NCBI GenBank assembly: GCA_054600435.1
Contig: BAAIJX010000014.1
Span: 1-64,000 of the forward strand
DNA from: Neophaeotheca triangularis
Taxonomy: Eukaryota
Length of the DNA: 64,000 bases
Direction: 5' to 3'
Shown here: piece after piece, positions 35,297 through 46,435 of the stretch
How positions within the stretch are numbered: position 1 is the first letter of the stretch
How the letters are laid out: each line of letters opens with the position of its first letter
The notes under the pieces: generated by a model
What the model was told of the DNA's origin: nothing
What the model saw: only the letters and a program-made list of their open reading frames with translations
Database searches by the model: none
Program-made: the position numbers and the translations under genes

Positions 35297-38045
35297 ATCC
35301 CGATTTTTCAAAGCTGCGCCCGCAACCCCTTGAACTATTGAGCCGTTAAGTAAAGGTCCGGACCTTCCTGCCGTATCAACCCTTGCACGAAGTCGAAACA
35401 GAGACACCGAGAAATCCCACAGACAAAAGCGACTGGAGGAAGCAGTTGAATAGCCAAGTAAGACTCGAGTCCAACGAGAAGAAGACTTGGAAATGGGCAA
35501 GGGAAACTCTCACAGCAGCGAAGACAGTGACGAGAACAAGAGTAAGTACATGCACACAATCGACTGACCGAGCCCAAGAAGGACGAGCCCAAGACCTTGA
35601 TCCTTCTTGTTGGACATACCTCTCATGCCATAGAATTTCTCGTCAAAAGCGGACGTAGATTATCGAAATCTTCGAAGTTCAATCTTCCGACATGATGGCT
35701 CACCAGTACTGTTGAGTGTGCCACCACCTACGTAAAAAATAGCACGTAGAAAAGCAGATTCGTCGCCAATAGCGTGGAAAATTGCCTCTGAAGTAAATGT
35801 TCGGAAGTTTGTACTAGCAGAATCGAAGCCCAAGATTGGTTTTGGACCCAATATGGCGGTACTCTCCTCGGGAATTTTTCGTTTTTACGACAATTGGCAG
35901 TCGGCTACACTGACCAGAAAACCCCGAGGTACCGGAGGGCATGGTGGATCTTCAAGACCTCCCACGGCTAACATACCGGGAAGTATGTTGCCGGACGGCA
36001 TGGCAGGCCGTCGAGGAGTGCAAAGTGTGGCTGCCATGCTGTTGGTTCCATGGACCGTGTTTGTGGATAGATGGGCATTTCCGAAAACGCATGTCGAGAG
36101 GGACGGTAAATGGCAATTGGGAGTGACCGAGTGACAGGTCACAGCCAGCCCTGACAGGTACCGGCTTCCTCCATCTTCGGAGAATTGTCGTACTCGGACA
36201 CGGCGGACATGCTCGGACGGGTCGCCATCCATTGGCGCTTCCACGCTATCTCACGTGACTCTTCGAAGAAATGTTAGCAGATGTGTGTTGATTCCTCCTT
36301 CTTCTACATGCGAACAACAATAATAATTGCTTACCGGCATCGGTTTGAACGATGCTCCCTTGCCGACATGATCCTTCTGCCCTGCCCATTGTAATATTAT
36401 ATATTATTGAGGTGTAGTAGACTAGTAGTACCTTAGTAACCTCACTGACTGCTGTGTGCATACTATCCCAGTGTGGTGGTCGAAGTGTGAGCGGTACCAC
36501 TTCGTGAGGGGCACTCAGGCAAGGAGACCGCTTGGTGGCGTGAGACATGGTAACACCAATGTGCCTATGTTCGGGTCGAGGAGCCACCATTGGATTGCGT
36601 AGTGGCGCTGAAGGAAGAAAGAAAAAAAGAAGCTTGGTAGCGAGGTGGCAGTGGCACCCACGTGGTCCACACGGGGGTGCACTACCGTTACCCAATGCGA
36701 AGCCAAAATACGACGGCCGGACTGTCAACGGTCGGCGCCGATAACCTAACATCGACCTAATCCTCACTTCATCCTATGGACTCGGGTCTGCACTAGGCGT
36801 GCTGGTGCATCGATGGTACGTACAGACTACAGTACGTGCTCAACGCACAACGACCTCCTGTAACTTTCGAGCCTTTCTAATTGCCGACTTCTCCTTCACG
36901 GTGAAGCTTTTCATAGCCTTCCAAGGCTATGAAAAGAGGTTACGACGAAGCCAAAGTCACACCACGTCACCTATATACCACGTTCGTAACCTTTTCGATA
37001 GATACTTCCGGTAGGATGACAGCCTACAATGCCAGCTGGCTATGCAGCCAGTCTTCACCGAGGCTTCCGCTCTAATTATTACTAGCCACGTACTAAGATG
37101 TTCGATGTACTATCATTTCTGAGATGTTCTTTTGAACATGTAGGACGTCGATACTGACTAGCTGCTCAGGAACCACGTTGGATCCGCGGTTGACCTAGAC
37201 ATGTATCCGCAACACTGGAAGGAGCAAATAGCCGAGCTTTATCCCATCGACCGAATAGCAGGAACAACGTTAATGTGGGCCCGTTCGAACAACGCTATGC
37301 CTTATGGAAGATTAGCCGGGCAAGTTCCTCGATAGGGCCGTCTCCCCGGCTGTATCAAACCACCTTGTATGTAGTGTGTCGCTTGATCTGTACGAGATGG
37401 AGTGCGCGTTTTGCGTGTGAGGTCCTTGGGGACACCTTGAGCCGCTCACATCGCAGCACGGCTCCCAATACTCCTCCGCTGTAGCCGCCTCCAAACTTCC
37501 TTCCATCTTGGAACACTCCCTGTCGCAGACCCAATAATCTGGTCGGTGCCCTGATCGGTATGCTCGCCCTACGACTGCATGTCAGATGTCTAGCGGTCGC
37601 CGATTTTACTGCTGAGAGTTCCACACTGACCAACAACTACTGGGATCCAATCCACAGTCTTCCATCCCGCTACTGCGCGCTGTCACTAGTAATTATGTGC
37701 TTATACTTACTCCTTTACGGTTCAGAATTGTTGAGTCTTACCAAGTAGGTGGTTCTGTATACCGTAGACTTTCTACGACGCTCCGGTCACATCTCTTGAT
37801 TGCGGAGAAGAAGAGGATGGACCAAAAGGGCACACGCTACCGCTGTAGAGGATGGTCCTCGCGCAAAGCCTAGTCAGGAGATCATACTACTGAGTTCTCG
37901 GGACACATGTGGCCAGACCTGGATGCTTGCGGCTTGTCGAAGGAGTATGGTACCGTCTGGTCAGTGTCAGCCTTGTCCCGTTTGGTCTGTCAGTATGGCG
38001 GCCGCTCGTACGGGATTGAGTCGATCCGGAGGAAGGCATCGCAGC

Positions 38046-38052
38046 ATATAAG
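38046..38052 (+). promoter_or_regulatory. TATA-like element upstream of the dehydrogenase gene
   Basis: ATATAAG about 125 nt before ATG 38175, followed by a CA/CT-rich 5' leader. Confidence 0.5.
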
Positions 38053-38174
38053 ACCTTGACCACGACCGCATAGGTCTACATCAGCATCAACTCATTCATC
38101 CTCCTTACTACCATCCACAACAGCATCGCTCATTCGCTTCGCAAAGTCTCTCGTTTCTTATCACCAACACAACA

Positions 38175-39636
38175 ATGCCTCACTTCATCGACCCAGTTGC
38201 CCTTGAGGGTGCTCAAATGTAAGCAATCTTACAGTATCTCAAGTACTCATGAGTTGAGCTCCGACTGATCCTTGCACAGTCTCTCCGAGCTGAAAGCCGA
38301 GACCGCCGTGACGACCACAGAACTCCCAGAGATCACCATCACCCCTTCGGATGACGAGTCTATTGACCCATTCGACAAGGTTGCCTCGGCCAAAAAATCC
38401 GTCGAAATCTTGAAGACCGACTACTCCGTCCAACAGCCCACCGAGACGATAGCAAACCTCGACAAAGCCATCCATGAAATCGCCTCGGAATGGAGTCCTC
38501 ACGTCTGCGTCGTAGGTGTCGGATATGTCGGCGAGATTCTACTCAGCGAGTTCGGCTCCGTCTACCCAGCGACTGGTTTCGACATTTCCGAGAAGCGACT
38601 TGCGCAGATTGCCCCAGACTTTGCCTCATTGAGCAATGTAAAACTCACCTCTTCCATCTCGGCGCTGAAGCGCGCCACACACTTTTGCATCTCGGTGCCC
38701 ACTCTCCTCCGAGAGGACAGGTCGGTCAACCTTGACCACTTGAAGCGGGCCATTGACATGGTCACCACCCACGCCAACCCGGGGTCGACCATCGTCATCG
38801 AGTCCAGCGTTTCCGTGGGCACCACGAGGGCTCTCCTAGGCCCCTACTCGGACAGGTTCCACTGCGGCATGTCTCCCGAGCGTGTCGACCCAGGCCGTAC
38901 CGTTCCCGCTGCCCACGATATCCCCAAAGTCATCTCAGCCTTGACCGAGCCCGCGCTTCAAAGCATGATCAAACTTTACTCCAAAGCTTTCCGCACCGTC
39001 GTCCCCGTCTCGAAGCCAGAGGCTGCCGAAATGATGAAGCTCTTCGAAAACTGCTACCGAATGATCAACATTGCCTATGTCAACGAAATCGCCGACGCCT
39101 GCAAGAAGCAAGCCATCGACGTGGCCGAAGTCATTGCCGCAGCTAGCACAAAGCCCTTTGGCTTTTCGCCATTCCACCCCGGTCTTGGAGTCGGCGGACA
39201 CTGCATCCCCGTCAACCCATTCTACATCATGGCCAACAACAGCTTGCCCCTGCTTCAGCTCGCTACCGAGAACAGCTGGGAACGCCCCCACGCCATCGCT
39301 CGCGAATTCTTCAAGGAAGCCGAGTGCAAGCTCGGCCGGGCACCAAGAGTGCTCGTCGTCGGCATGGGCTTCAAGCCAGGACAAGACGTTATCGACTGCT
39401 CCCCAGCCGTTGCTTTCGCCGAGGAGCTCAACACTCTGTCCTGCGGCGCACTCGCATTCCACGATCCTCTCGTCAAGCAAGAGCAGCTGCCCTGGATCCG
39501 ACGCATCGAAGCATCGGAATTCACTGAAGACGGTATTGACGAGAAGTTCGACTGCGTGGCCGTTTGTGTCAAGCAGCACCACGTCGACTTCGATGTGCTT
39601 GACAGAGTGCAGAAGGCTACTCTGACTTGGTTTTAG
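38175..39636 (+). CDS. UDP-N-acetylhexosamine 6-dehydrogenase (WbpA/TviB/WecC-like nucleotide-sugar dehydrogenase); intron 38219-38279
   Basis: Rossmann 'VVGVGYVG', 'ISVPT', 'IESSV', 'SPERVDPG', 'KLFENCYR.INIA..NE', catalytic 'GVGGHCIPVNP' and 'GMGFKP'. Confidence 0.9.
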
Positions 39637-40222
39637 GCTTGAAAGCGTTTCTGCATAGGCTCGGGAGTTATTAAAGGGGGATCGTTTTCGTAGGGCTTGG
39701 AGTTTTGGGTCACTGATTAGATACACCGCGTAAATGACATACTTTATTAGCCATCATGTCTCCATCTCGACGTTTGCAAAACTCACTCAGTACTACTAGA
39801 TTTTGCAGTTGTCGATTCGTAACGAATTCTGAATGTTGCGTGAAATGGACGCTCTGTAGGTCGTATACCTGCAGACCGTTCACTCAAGGCAAGTCGAGAA
39901 TGCAGTCGGCAAAGTGGGTGTAGACTCAGGTGTAGAGCAATAGCTGTTGCGGTGACGTTGGAAGAGAGACGTGTAAAGTTTAAGCCTCGCGAAAGATCGA
40001 CCGGGTACCTGTCAAAGATGTCATCCATGAATCCTTCTCGAACATCATTCGGGCCTCCCGGCTCAGCCTTTCCCGCCGAAGCCCAGCATCCGAGCCGTAG
40101 AGCCGCAGAGCCTCGCGCGGAACGTGCCCTTTAACAACGGAACTTTTGCATATTGATATCAAACAGAAACATATCAACACAAAACAAGCAACCCCATACA
40201 ACCCCCACCAGAACTCTCCAAC

Positions 40223-41380
40223 ATGGCCTCAGAAGGAGAAATCCACCGCTCCAGCACCTACGCCCCCGTGAACATCGCCGTGATTAAATACTGGGGCAAG
40301 CGCGACCCGAAACTAAACCTGCCCACCAACTCCTCCCTCTCCGTAACCCTCTCCCAAGACGACCTCCGCACCCACACCACCGCCTCCTGCAGCCCAACCT
40401 ACACCACCGACACCCTAACCCTCAACGACGCCCCGCAAGACCTCAACACGCCCCGCACCCAAGCCTGCCTCCGCGCCCTCCGCGCCCACCGCTCCGCGCT
40501 CGAAACCGCCAACCCCTCTCTCCCCAAACTCTCCTCGCAACCTCTACGCCTCATCTCCGCCAACAACTTCCCCACAGCCGCGGGCCTCGCCTCCTCCGCC
40601 GCCGGCTTCGCCGCCCTCGTCCGCAGCATCGCAGACCTCTACGCGCTCCCGCTAACCGCAGCCTCACTGTCCCTAATCGCGCGCCAAGGCTCCGGCTCCG
40701 CCTGCCGCTCGCTCTTCGGCGGCTACGTGGGCTGGAAAGCAGGCGAAGCCATCGACGGCAGCGACAGCGCCGCGTACCAAGTCGCGCCGGCGTCGCACTG
40801 GCCGGAAATGCGGGCCCTGATCCTCGTGGCCTCGGACAAGAAAAAGGACATTTCGTCGACGACGGGGATGCAAGCGACGGTCGCGACGTCGGCGCTCTTC
40901 CAGACGCGCGCCCAACACGTCGTTCCCCAACGCATGCAAGCCATGACGGACGCGGTCCGGGAGCGTGACTTTGCCGCTTTCGCTACGCTTAGCATGCGCG
41001 ATTCTAACAATTTCCACGCAACCTGTCTCGATACTGAGCCCCCTATCTTTTACATGAATGATACGTCTCGTGCGGCGGTGAGGATGTGCGAGGCTATCAA
41101 TGCGGCTGAGGGGAGGGTGGTGTGTGGGTATACGTTTGACGCGGGGCCGAATGCCGTGGTTTACTATCTGGAAAAGGATGAGAGTGCTGTTGCGGGGGTG
41201 TTCAAGGGAGTGCTGGGCGAGAAGGGAGGGTGGATGGGGAGTAGAGGCGGGAAAGTCGGGGTTAAGAGTGTGCCGGAGGGTATGGAGAGTGTGGGGGAGA
41301 TGTTGGAGAGGGGGGTTAGTGGGGTTATTTTGACTAGGGTCGGTGATGGGCCAAGGAGGGTCGAGGAGCATCTTTGTTGA
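40223..41380 (+). CDS. MVD1: Diphosphomevalonate decarboxylase (ERG19)
   Basis: 'APVNIAVIKYWGKRD', 'NNFPTAAGLASSAAG', 'ARQGSGSACRSLFGG' and 'YTFDAGPNAV'. Confidence 0.97.
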   Translation: MASEGEIHRSSTYAPVNIAVIKYWGKRDPKLNLPTNSSLSVTLSQDDLRTHTTASCSPTYTTDTLTLNDAPQDLNTPRTQACLRALRAHRSALETANPSLPKLSSQPLRLISANNFPTAAGLASSAAGFAALVRSIADLYALPLTAASLSLIARQGSGSACRSLFGGYVGWKAGEAIDGSDSAAYQVAPASHWPEMRALILVASDKKKDISSTTGMQATVATSALFQTRAQHVVPQRMQAMTDAVRERDFAAFATLSMRDSNNFHATCLDTEPPIFYMNDTSRAAVRMCEAINAAEGRVVCGYTFDAGPNAVVYYLEKDESAVAGVFKGVLGEKGGWMGSRGGKVGVKSVPEGMESVGEMLERGVSGVILTRVGDGPRRVEEHLC

Positions 41381-42159
41381 TTTTGAGTCCGCTCAGTAGT
41401 ATGAGCTGCTTGGTTCGAGAGTTGGTGTGCGGATTGCATAGCTTAGCATAGCGCGGAGAAGATGATACCCCCCACCAAAACCCCCCCCAATCAACTTAGC
41501 CCGATAGCCGTGGTCAAGATTGTTCCATTCCAGAGCAGTTGAATGCATAGCCGTTAGCGTTCTTGTTTAAGTGTTCTGCTTGCTTGCTTGCAAGAACCAC
41601 TTCGGAAACTTCTAGTCCTCGACGGTTGACCAGACCCAGCTAGACTACAAGCCGCTACACCCAAGATCGCATCCTATCAAAGCAGTCGCCAACCCAGTGG
41701 GACAACAACATTGACAGATGGAAAGGATGCTAGAGTAGAGCGAAGATCAGGCTTGCTTCGGATGAGCGAGGGCTAGCTAGCTTAGCTACAGGTAGCTAAA
41801 CAACTGGCTGAAATAGCCAATTATGATAGTATCCGCGGCTTTCGCAAGAGGACGCCAAAAATCTGCTATGGAGGGCATTAAATAAACGGAAGAAGGGGGG
41901 GGGGGGTATATTCATCAGTCAAGTCAGTCACTTGAAGCGTGCAAGCGTGTTTCCATCTTCCCAGTCAGCCAGCCATCCATTCGTTCATCCATTGCAACGC
42001 GAAATAGAGAAAGCCTCCAAAAACAGCACGTAGCAGGCTCGTCAGCATCAGTGACCATCGTCAGAGACGCCCCAAAGAAAAAAAGAAAAGCTCTCCCGGC
42101 CAATTGTTACCCCATAAACCTCCTTTCTTTACCCCAACGTCTCAACACCTCACCCAAGC

Positions 42160-43671
42160 TCAGCCCTCCTGCCTCACCTCCCTCGTATCCGTCCGCCCAA
42201 TCCCATGATACTGATCATGCCGACTAGGCACGCCGACCAGCGCCTCACCATCGCGTGTACTCATCTTGGCAATCCGCTCTCCCAAACTCTCGACGTTTAC
42301 ATCATCATCATCATCACCATCTCCTTCAGCGACACGCGGGCCGGGCGCCACGTCCAAGATATCCCCTACGCTCTTAGAACGCACGCGGTCGAGACTTGCT
42401 CCGGCACCCGAGCCGGCGGTTGCGGTGGCTGCACCGTTGTTGCTGTTGTCTTTCTTGCCCCCAGCGAGGGAGTCGAGGGTTGGGGTCGTCGAGGAGCTGC
42501 CATAGTCTCTAGCCACGGTGGGGCCGGAGTCGGATTTGCTGCGCACAGGATCTTCGGCGGGGGAGAGGGAGGAGCTGCGGGGGTTGGTCTGCTGGCGCGC
42601 AGGTTTGGGACGGCCGAAGGATTTGAGGCGCGAGAAGAAAGAAGGGCGGGTTTGTTTCGTTGTTGTGGAGGGGGTGGTGGGTGGTGTGGTTTTCTTGTTG
42701 TTAGTCTTGCCGTTTGGACTGTTTTCCCCGCGGTGGATGAGGGTTGTCTCCGGTTTGGGCGTTTTGTGTTCGTCGGACGGCGGCGTGATTTCGGCGAATA
42801 GCGGGTTGAAGAAGATGCTGTTTTCCTTGCGCTCGCGCTCAATTTGATTGAGCGCTTCCTGCGTCGCTGTCACGTACTCTGGGTATTCGTCTTGGCAGGC
42901 TTGCTGAATGAGGCGGAGTTTGCTAATGTCGTTTGTGGTGCGCGTGCGATCGTTGGAAATGTGCCAGCCCAGGGCGCGCACGTCCATGCGCACGCCGCGG
43001 TCGACGCGGTCTTTGACGTCGAAGAGGTTGATCAGGGTGTCGACGCGCTCTTGGGTTTGCACGATGAATATTGCGAAGCGCGCCGTGTCGTTGATTGTCC
43101 AATTTTGCATGGTTATGGAGTTGCTCCGGCGCGTGTTGAGGTGCGCGTAGGATTCGGCGACCTCTTGGAGGAGCTCGTATTTCTCGCGGAAGGCTTCGAG
43201 GCGGTTTGTATCCAGGGCGGGTTGAAAGCCCGAGGCGGGCTTCTTGGGTGGTTTGAGGCCATAGACTTCCATCATCTCTTCGCGTGTCATGTGCACCGAG
43301 CGGTCGACTATGCCGTTGAGAGCTTCCTCCACTTTGACTCGGGTCTCCGTCTCGTCTAGTCTTGCATCTCTTTCGCCGAAGAAGGTCGGTTCTTTCAGGT
43401 CTGGGTATGCCAGACTAGGGTGTTTGGGCACAGCTCTATTGGTAACGCTCTTGGGTGGTGAATGGATCCCAACAATGTCGCCCCAAATCAGCAGACGTGC
43501 CTGTTGTATACCCAATCGAGCCAGCAAGACTTGTTCCTCCTTGTCCCATTTCTGCGCCGGGTGTACTAGTCCAAAGGCTTCGACACAGTTGCTGAAGAGA
43601 CCAGCCAGAGCTACAACGCCGGTGAGTGCGCTCTCATGCTCGAGATGCTGGGCGCTTTCGTCTTTCGACAT
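42160..43671 (-). CDS. HeLo (prion-inhibition/propagation) domain protein with a disordered C-terminus
   Basis: N-terminal 'GVVALAGLFSNCVEAFGLV...RLGIQQARLLIWGDIVG' and 'W.IND..RF...V......VD.L' match the HeLo pattern. Confidence 0.75.
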   Translation of the reverse strand: MSKDESAQHLEHESALTGVVALAGLFSNCVEAFGLVHPAQKWDKEEQVLLARLGIQQARLLIWGDIVGIHSPPKSVTNRAVPKHPSLAYPDLKEPTFFGERDARLDETETRVKVEEALNGIVDRSVHMTREEMMEVYGLKPPKKPASGFQPALDTNRLEAFREKYELLQEVAESYAHLNTRRSNSITMQNWTINDTARFAIFIVQTQERVDTLINLFDVKDRVDRGVRMDVRALGWHISNDRTRTTNDISKLRLIQQACQDEYPEYVTATQEALNQIERERKENSIFFNPLFAEITPPSDEHKTPKPETTLIHRGENSPNGKTNNKKTTPPTTPSTTTKQTRPSFFSRLKSFGRPKPARQQTNPRSSSLSPAEDPVRSKSDSGPTVARDYGSSSTTPTLDSLAGGKKDNSNNGAATATAGSGAGASLDRVRSKSVGDILDVAPGPRVAEGDGDDDDDVNVESLGERIAKMSTRDGEALVGVPSRHDQYHGIGRTDTREVRQEG

Positions 43672-45415
43672 TGTATCGTCAAGCTCCAGATGGCGTCGCC
43701 CGGTGGCCCTTCTTTCCCTCGAATAGCTATGGATGCGGAGGTATAGCGAAATATAAGGTGATAGTAGCAAAGCAGAAGTGTGTCGTACCTAGGTGAGTAG
43801 ACCTACAAAAGCTGTACTCGAGTCTCGGTAGCTGAAAGAGAAGCAAACCTTGAGACCTAGTTGACAACGATGATGATGTCGCCGAGCAAATGACCGCCCC
43901 CTCTTCATGTAACAGTCAGGCTACGAGGTAAAGGTACAAATATGGGAACACGGAGAGTGGATGATTACCTGGTATTCGCATGCAGTCATGATTTTCTCCC
44001 CTTTTTCATGTGAAAAGACAGGACATGACCTCCTCATCTTCCCCCATCTCGACAGCATTCAAGCTTCCCGTCCCTTCTTTTCGGCCATATCTGGTCAAAG
44101 TGAGGGGCAAAAGCTCTGCCCGGCGTGTGACGCCAGCTCGTCGTCTTGGCTACATGTTCTTGTTGCATGGCATGCAGGTGGGTATAGTATCAAATACATC
44201 CATGGATACCTAGGTAGTCACGTAGTATTGAGGAAATTGCAGGCGAAGAGAAAGGGACATTACCTAGGTATTGCAGGTGGGAACCGACGCGACTATCGAG
44301 ACGGAAGGACGAGCCGACAGAAAAAGGGGTCTGGTTGGTAGGAGCCAAGGGTTTCGGAAAGGGACGACGACGACCAAGTCTCCAGAAGTCTCAACTCTTG
44401 TCTACCCATGGACTTCCCTCTACTTGGGTGATCAAAGAAGTACGTGGCATTGACCGGAAGCAGTGACATTGTAATCCAAAGATGAAGCGAGTCTATCGAG
44501 TCACCAAAGTGCTGGCCATTATAGAAAGACTACGTTTCTTGCCCGCCCCCTTCCCCCACTCTCGACCACATTCTATCCTCGACTTTTCAACTTCGCTGCT
44601 CGCACAACAATGGACGATAATCGCGCGAGGACGCCATGGCAGAGAAGTGGGGCAATGGTAAGTGATGGCACTCCGGCGTCCACTGTTCAGGAACGACATC
44701 AATCTATCAAGACCGCGGACAACGACATGTTCTGTAGCTCTCGATATCCAGGTACATGTGCAATTGCAAGCTTCCACACAACTTCTACCAGCTTTCCCGA
44801 ATCCACAACATGCCATCTCGAGTTTCGCCCCCCGGCTTTAAGCCTCTCGAAGAGACGACTACTCTGTTCAAGTAGCAGCAAATCGGACACCTTGACGTGG
44901 TGCGTGCTGAGCTTAATGCTACCGCACCCACACAGCACCCACTACCACGCCTGGTAAATCTATCATCTCTCCGAGAATCGATGCAACTTCCAAATTGTCT
45001 AGTAGCATCTCAAATGTGAGAAAATTCAGGCAAAAATGGGGGCCAAACGTGTCACTCGGCTCGCCGCGTTGAATCGACAGCGAGCTTGACGAAGTCGACC
45101 GGGGATCTTGAACTTTGACGCCCAAAAGCGAGTGCTGACGTCGACAATTTGAATTATCGCACCAACAACAGAGGTCAACGATCGTACCTGCAAATCAAGC
45201 GTACGCAAGCATCTGCTACCCGTATCGATGCGAAAATCTAGACTCTTGCGAGTGATCAACTATAAGTACATCGAGGTTTCATTTTGCGCGCCGTTTTCTG
45301 TCAGCCTCTCCAACACCGAGTACTATCATTGCTTTAATACTTGAAACAAGATACTTACTACAGCACGTCAAACTCCCATTTCACACCCTAGGACCACTAC
45401 ATACAGTCGATCACC

Positions 45416-45827
45416 ATGAACCAAACAAACGCGCACACAGCCATGGGCGGCAAATACAACGACACCCTGACTTCTCGCGAGACGAACAAACGCCTATCCC
45501 GCCCTGACCTGGCCGCTCCCTCGCAACCCGCTCCTGTCGCTCCAGCCGCTACAGATCACCACCGCAGATCGGTAAGCTCGATATCATACACCATTCCAGC
45601 TTTACATGACCTGGTAAATGGGGAACGATCACTAATGTCTCCGTTTCCAGTCGCCCTCGGAGCTGTTTACGGGTATCCACCAGCAGAAGCGTGCCAGTGG
45701 TCAGCAAGAGCAGCCTATGCAGGGAACAGCGGTGCAGGCGAGGCAGAGTATGGATGAGCAGACTGCCAAGGTCAGGGGTGGGGATGGAGTGTTGGGGTCT
45801 GCTTGGAAGAAGTTTGTGAACTCTTAG
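45416..45827 (+). CDS. Small hydrophilic protein resembling conidiation-specific (Con-8-like) proteins; intron 45572-45650
   Basis: A GTAAGC..CTAAT..CAG intron gives RRS/SPSELFTGIHQQKR...ARQSMDEQ...GVLGSAWKKFVNS*. The family call is from memory of this pattern. Confidence 0.6.
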
Positions 45828-46435
45828 AGATGGCTGAGGCAGGTGTTAGGAGATGGCTGTATTTGTACGAGGTTTGCTGGACCTTTGAAGGGAGCTTCGG
45901 AAAGAAATTCTGCGTTGTCCTCACCCTGGATGACGCCTTTGTAACATTAATTTACGGTATGTTAGATGAATGATAGTAATGTTCATGCCGGGGTGTGATG
46001 ATTGACGATCTTGCCCAATTCCTTGCGTGTTTTGGTTCTTCGTGAAACCCCTCTCCCGTTCGTCTCCTGCAAGTACGCACCTGCTCTTTCTCTGTCCATG
46101 TCTTATTTACACATCATCCCCCTCAATTCAAATACCAACGTCGATACACAAAAATGTCAACATGTCTGTCGCTGTGATATTAAAACAGATGGAAGAGGAG
46201 GGCGACTTTCAAAACAACAACATCAACACTGAACCTGGCCGCCCGGGATTATCCGAAGGAACTAGCCATAAACGCGGCGGAACAGAGAACGTGCGTCAGA
46301 GCTTCCCCTACCGCGCCCGGAGCGTTTTCTTTACCACCGACCTCAAACCTCCCCCGTCTGCCCTACCCCCTAACAACCACTCTACAGCATCCACCACGAC
46401 CTTCTCGATACAGCATATCCAATCTCTTCGCCAAA

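Noticed and set aside
35650..38050. Additional small genes inside the GT2-dehydrogenase intergenic region
   Set aside because: The ORFs are short and overlapping and lack codon bias or motifs; a small exon or ncRNA cannot be excluded without RNA data.
12866..39636. One large polysaccharide cluster joining the deacetylase, gusA, ALG14, GT2 and dehydrogenase
   Set aside because: These genes are separated by many unrelated housekeeping genes, the deacetylase is cytosolic-type and ALG14 is core N-glycosylation. Only the GT2-dehydrogenase pair is tightly linked.
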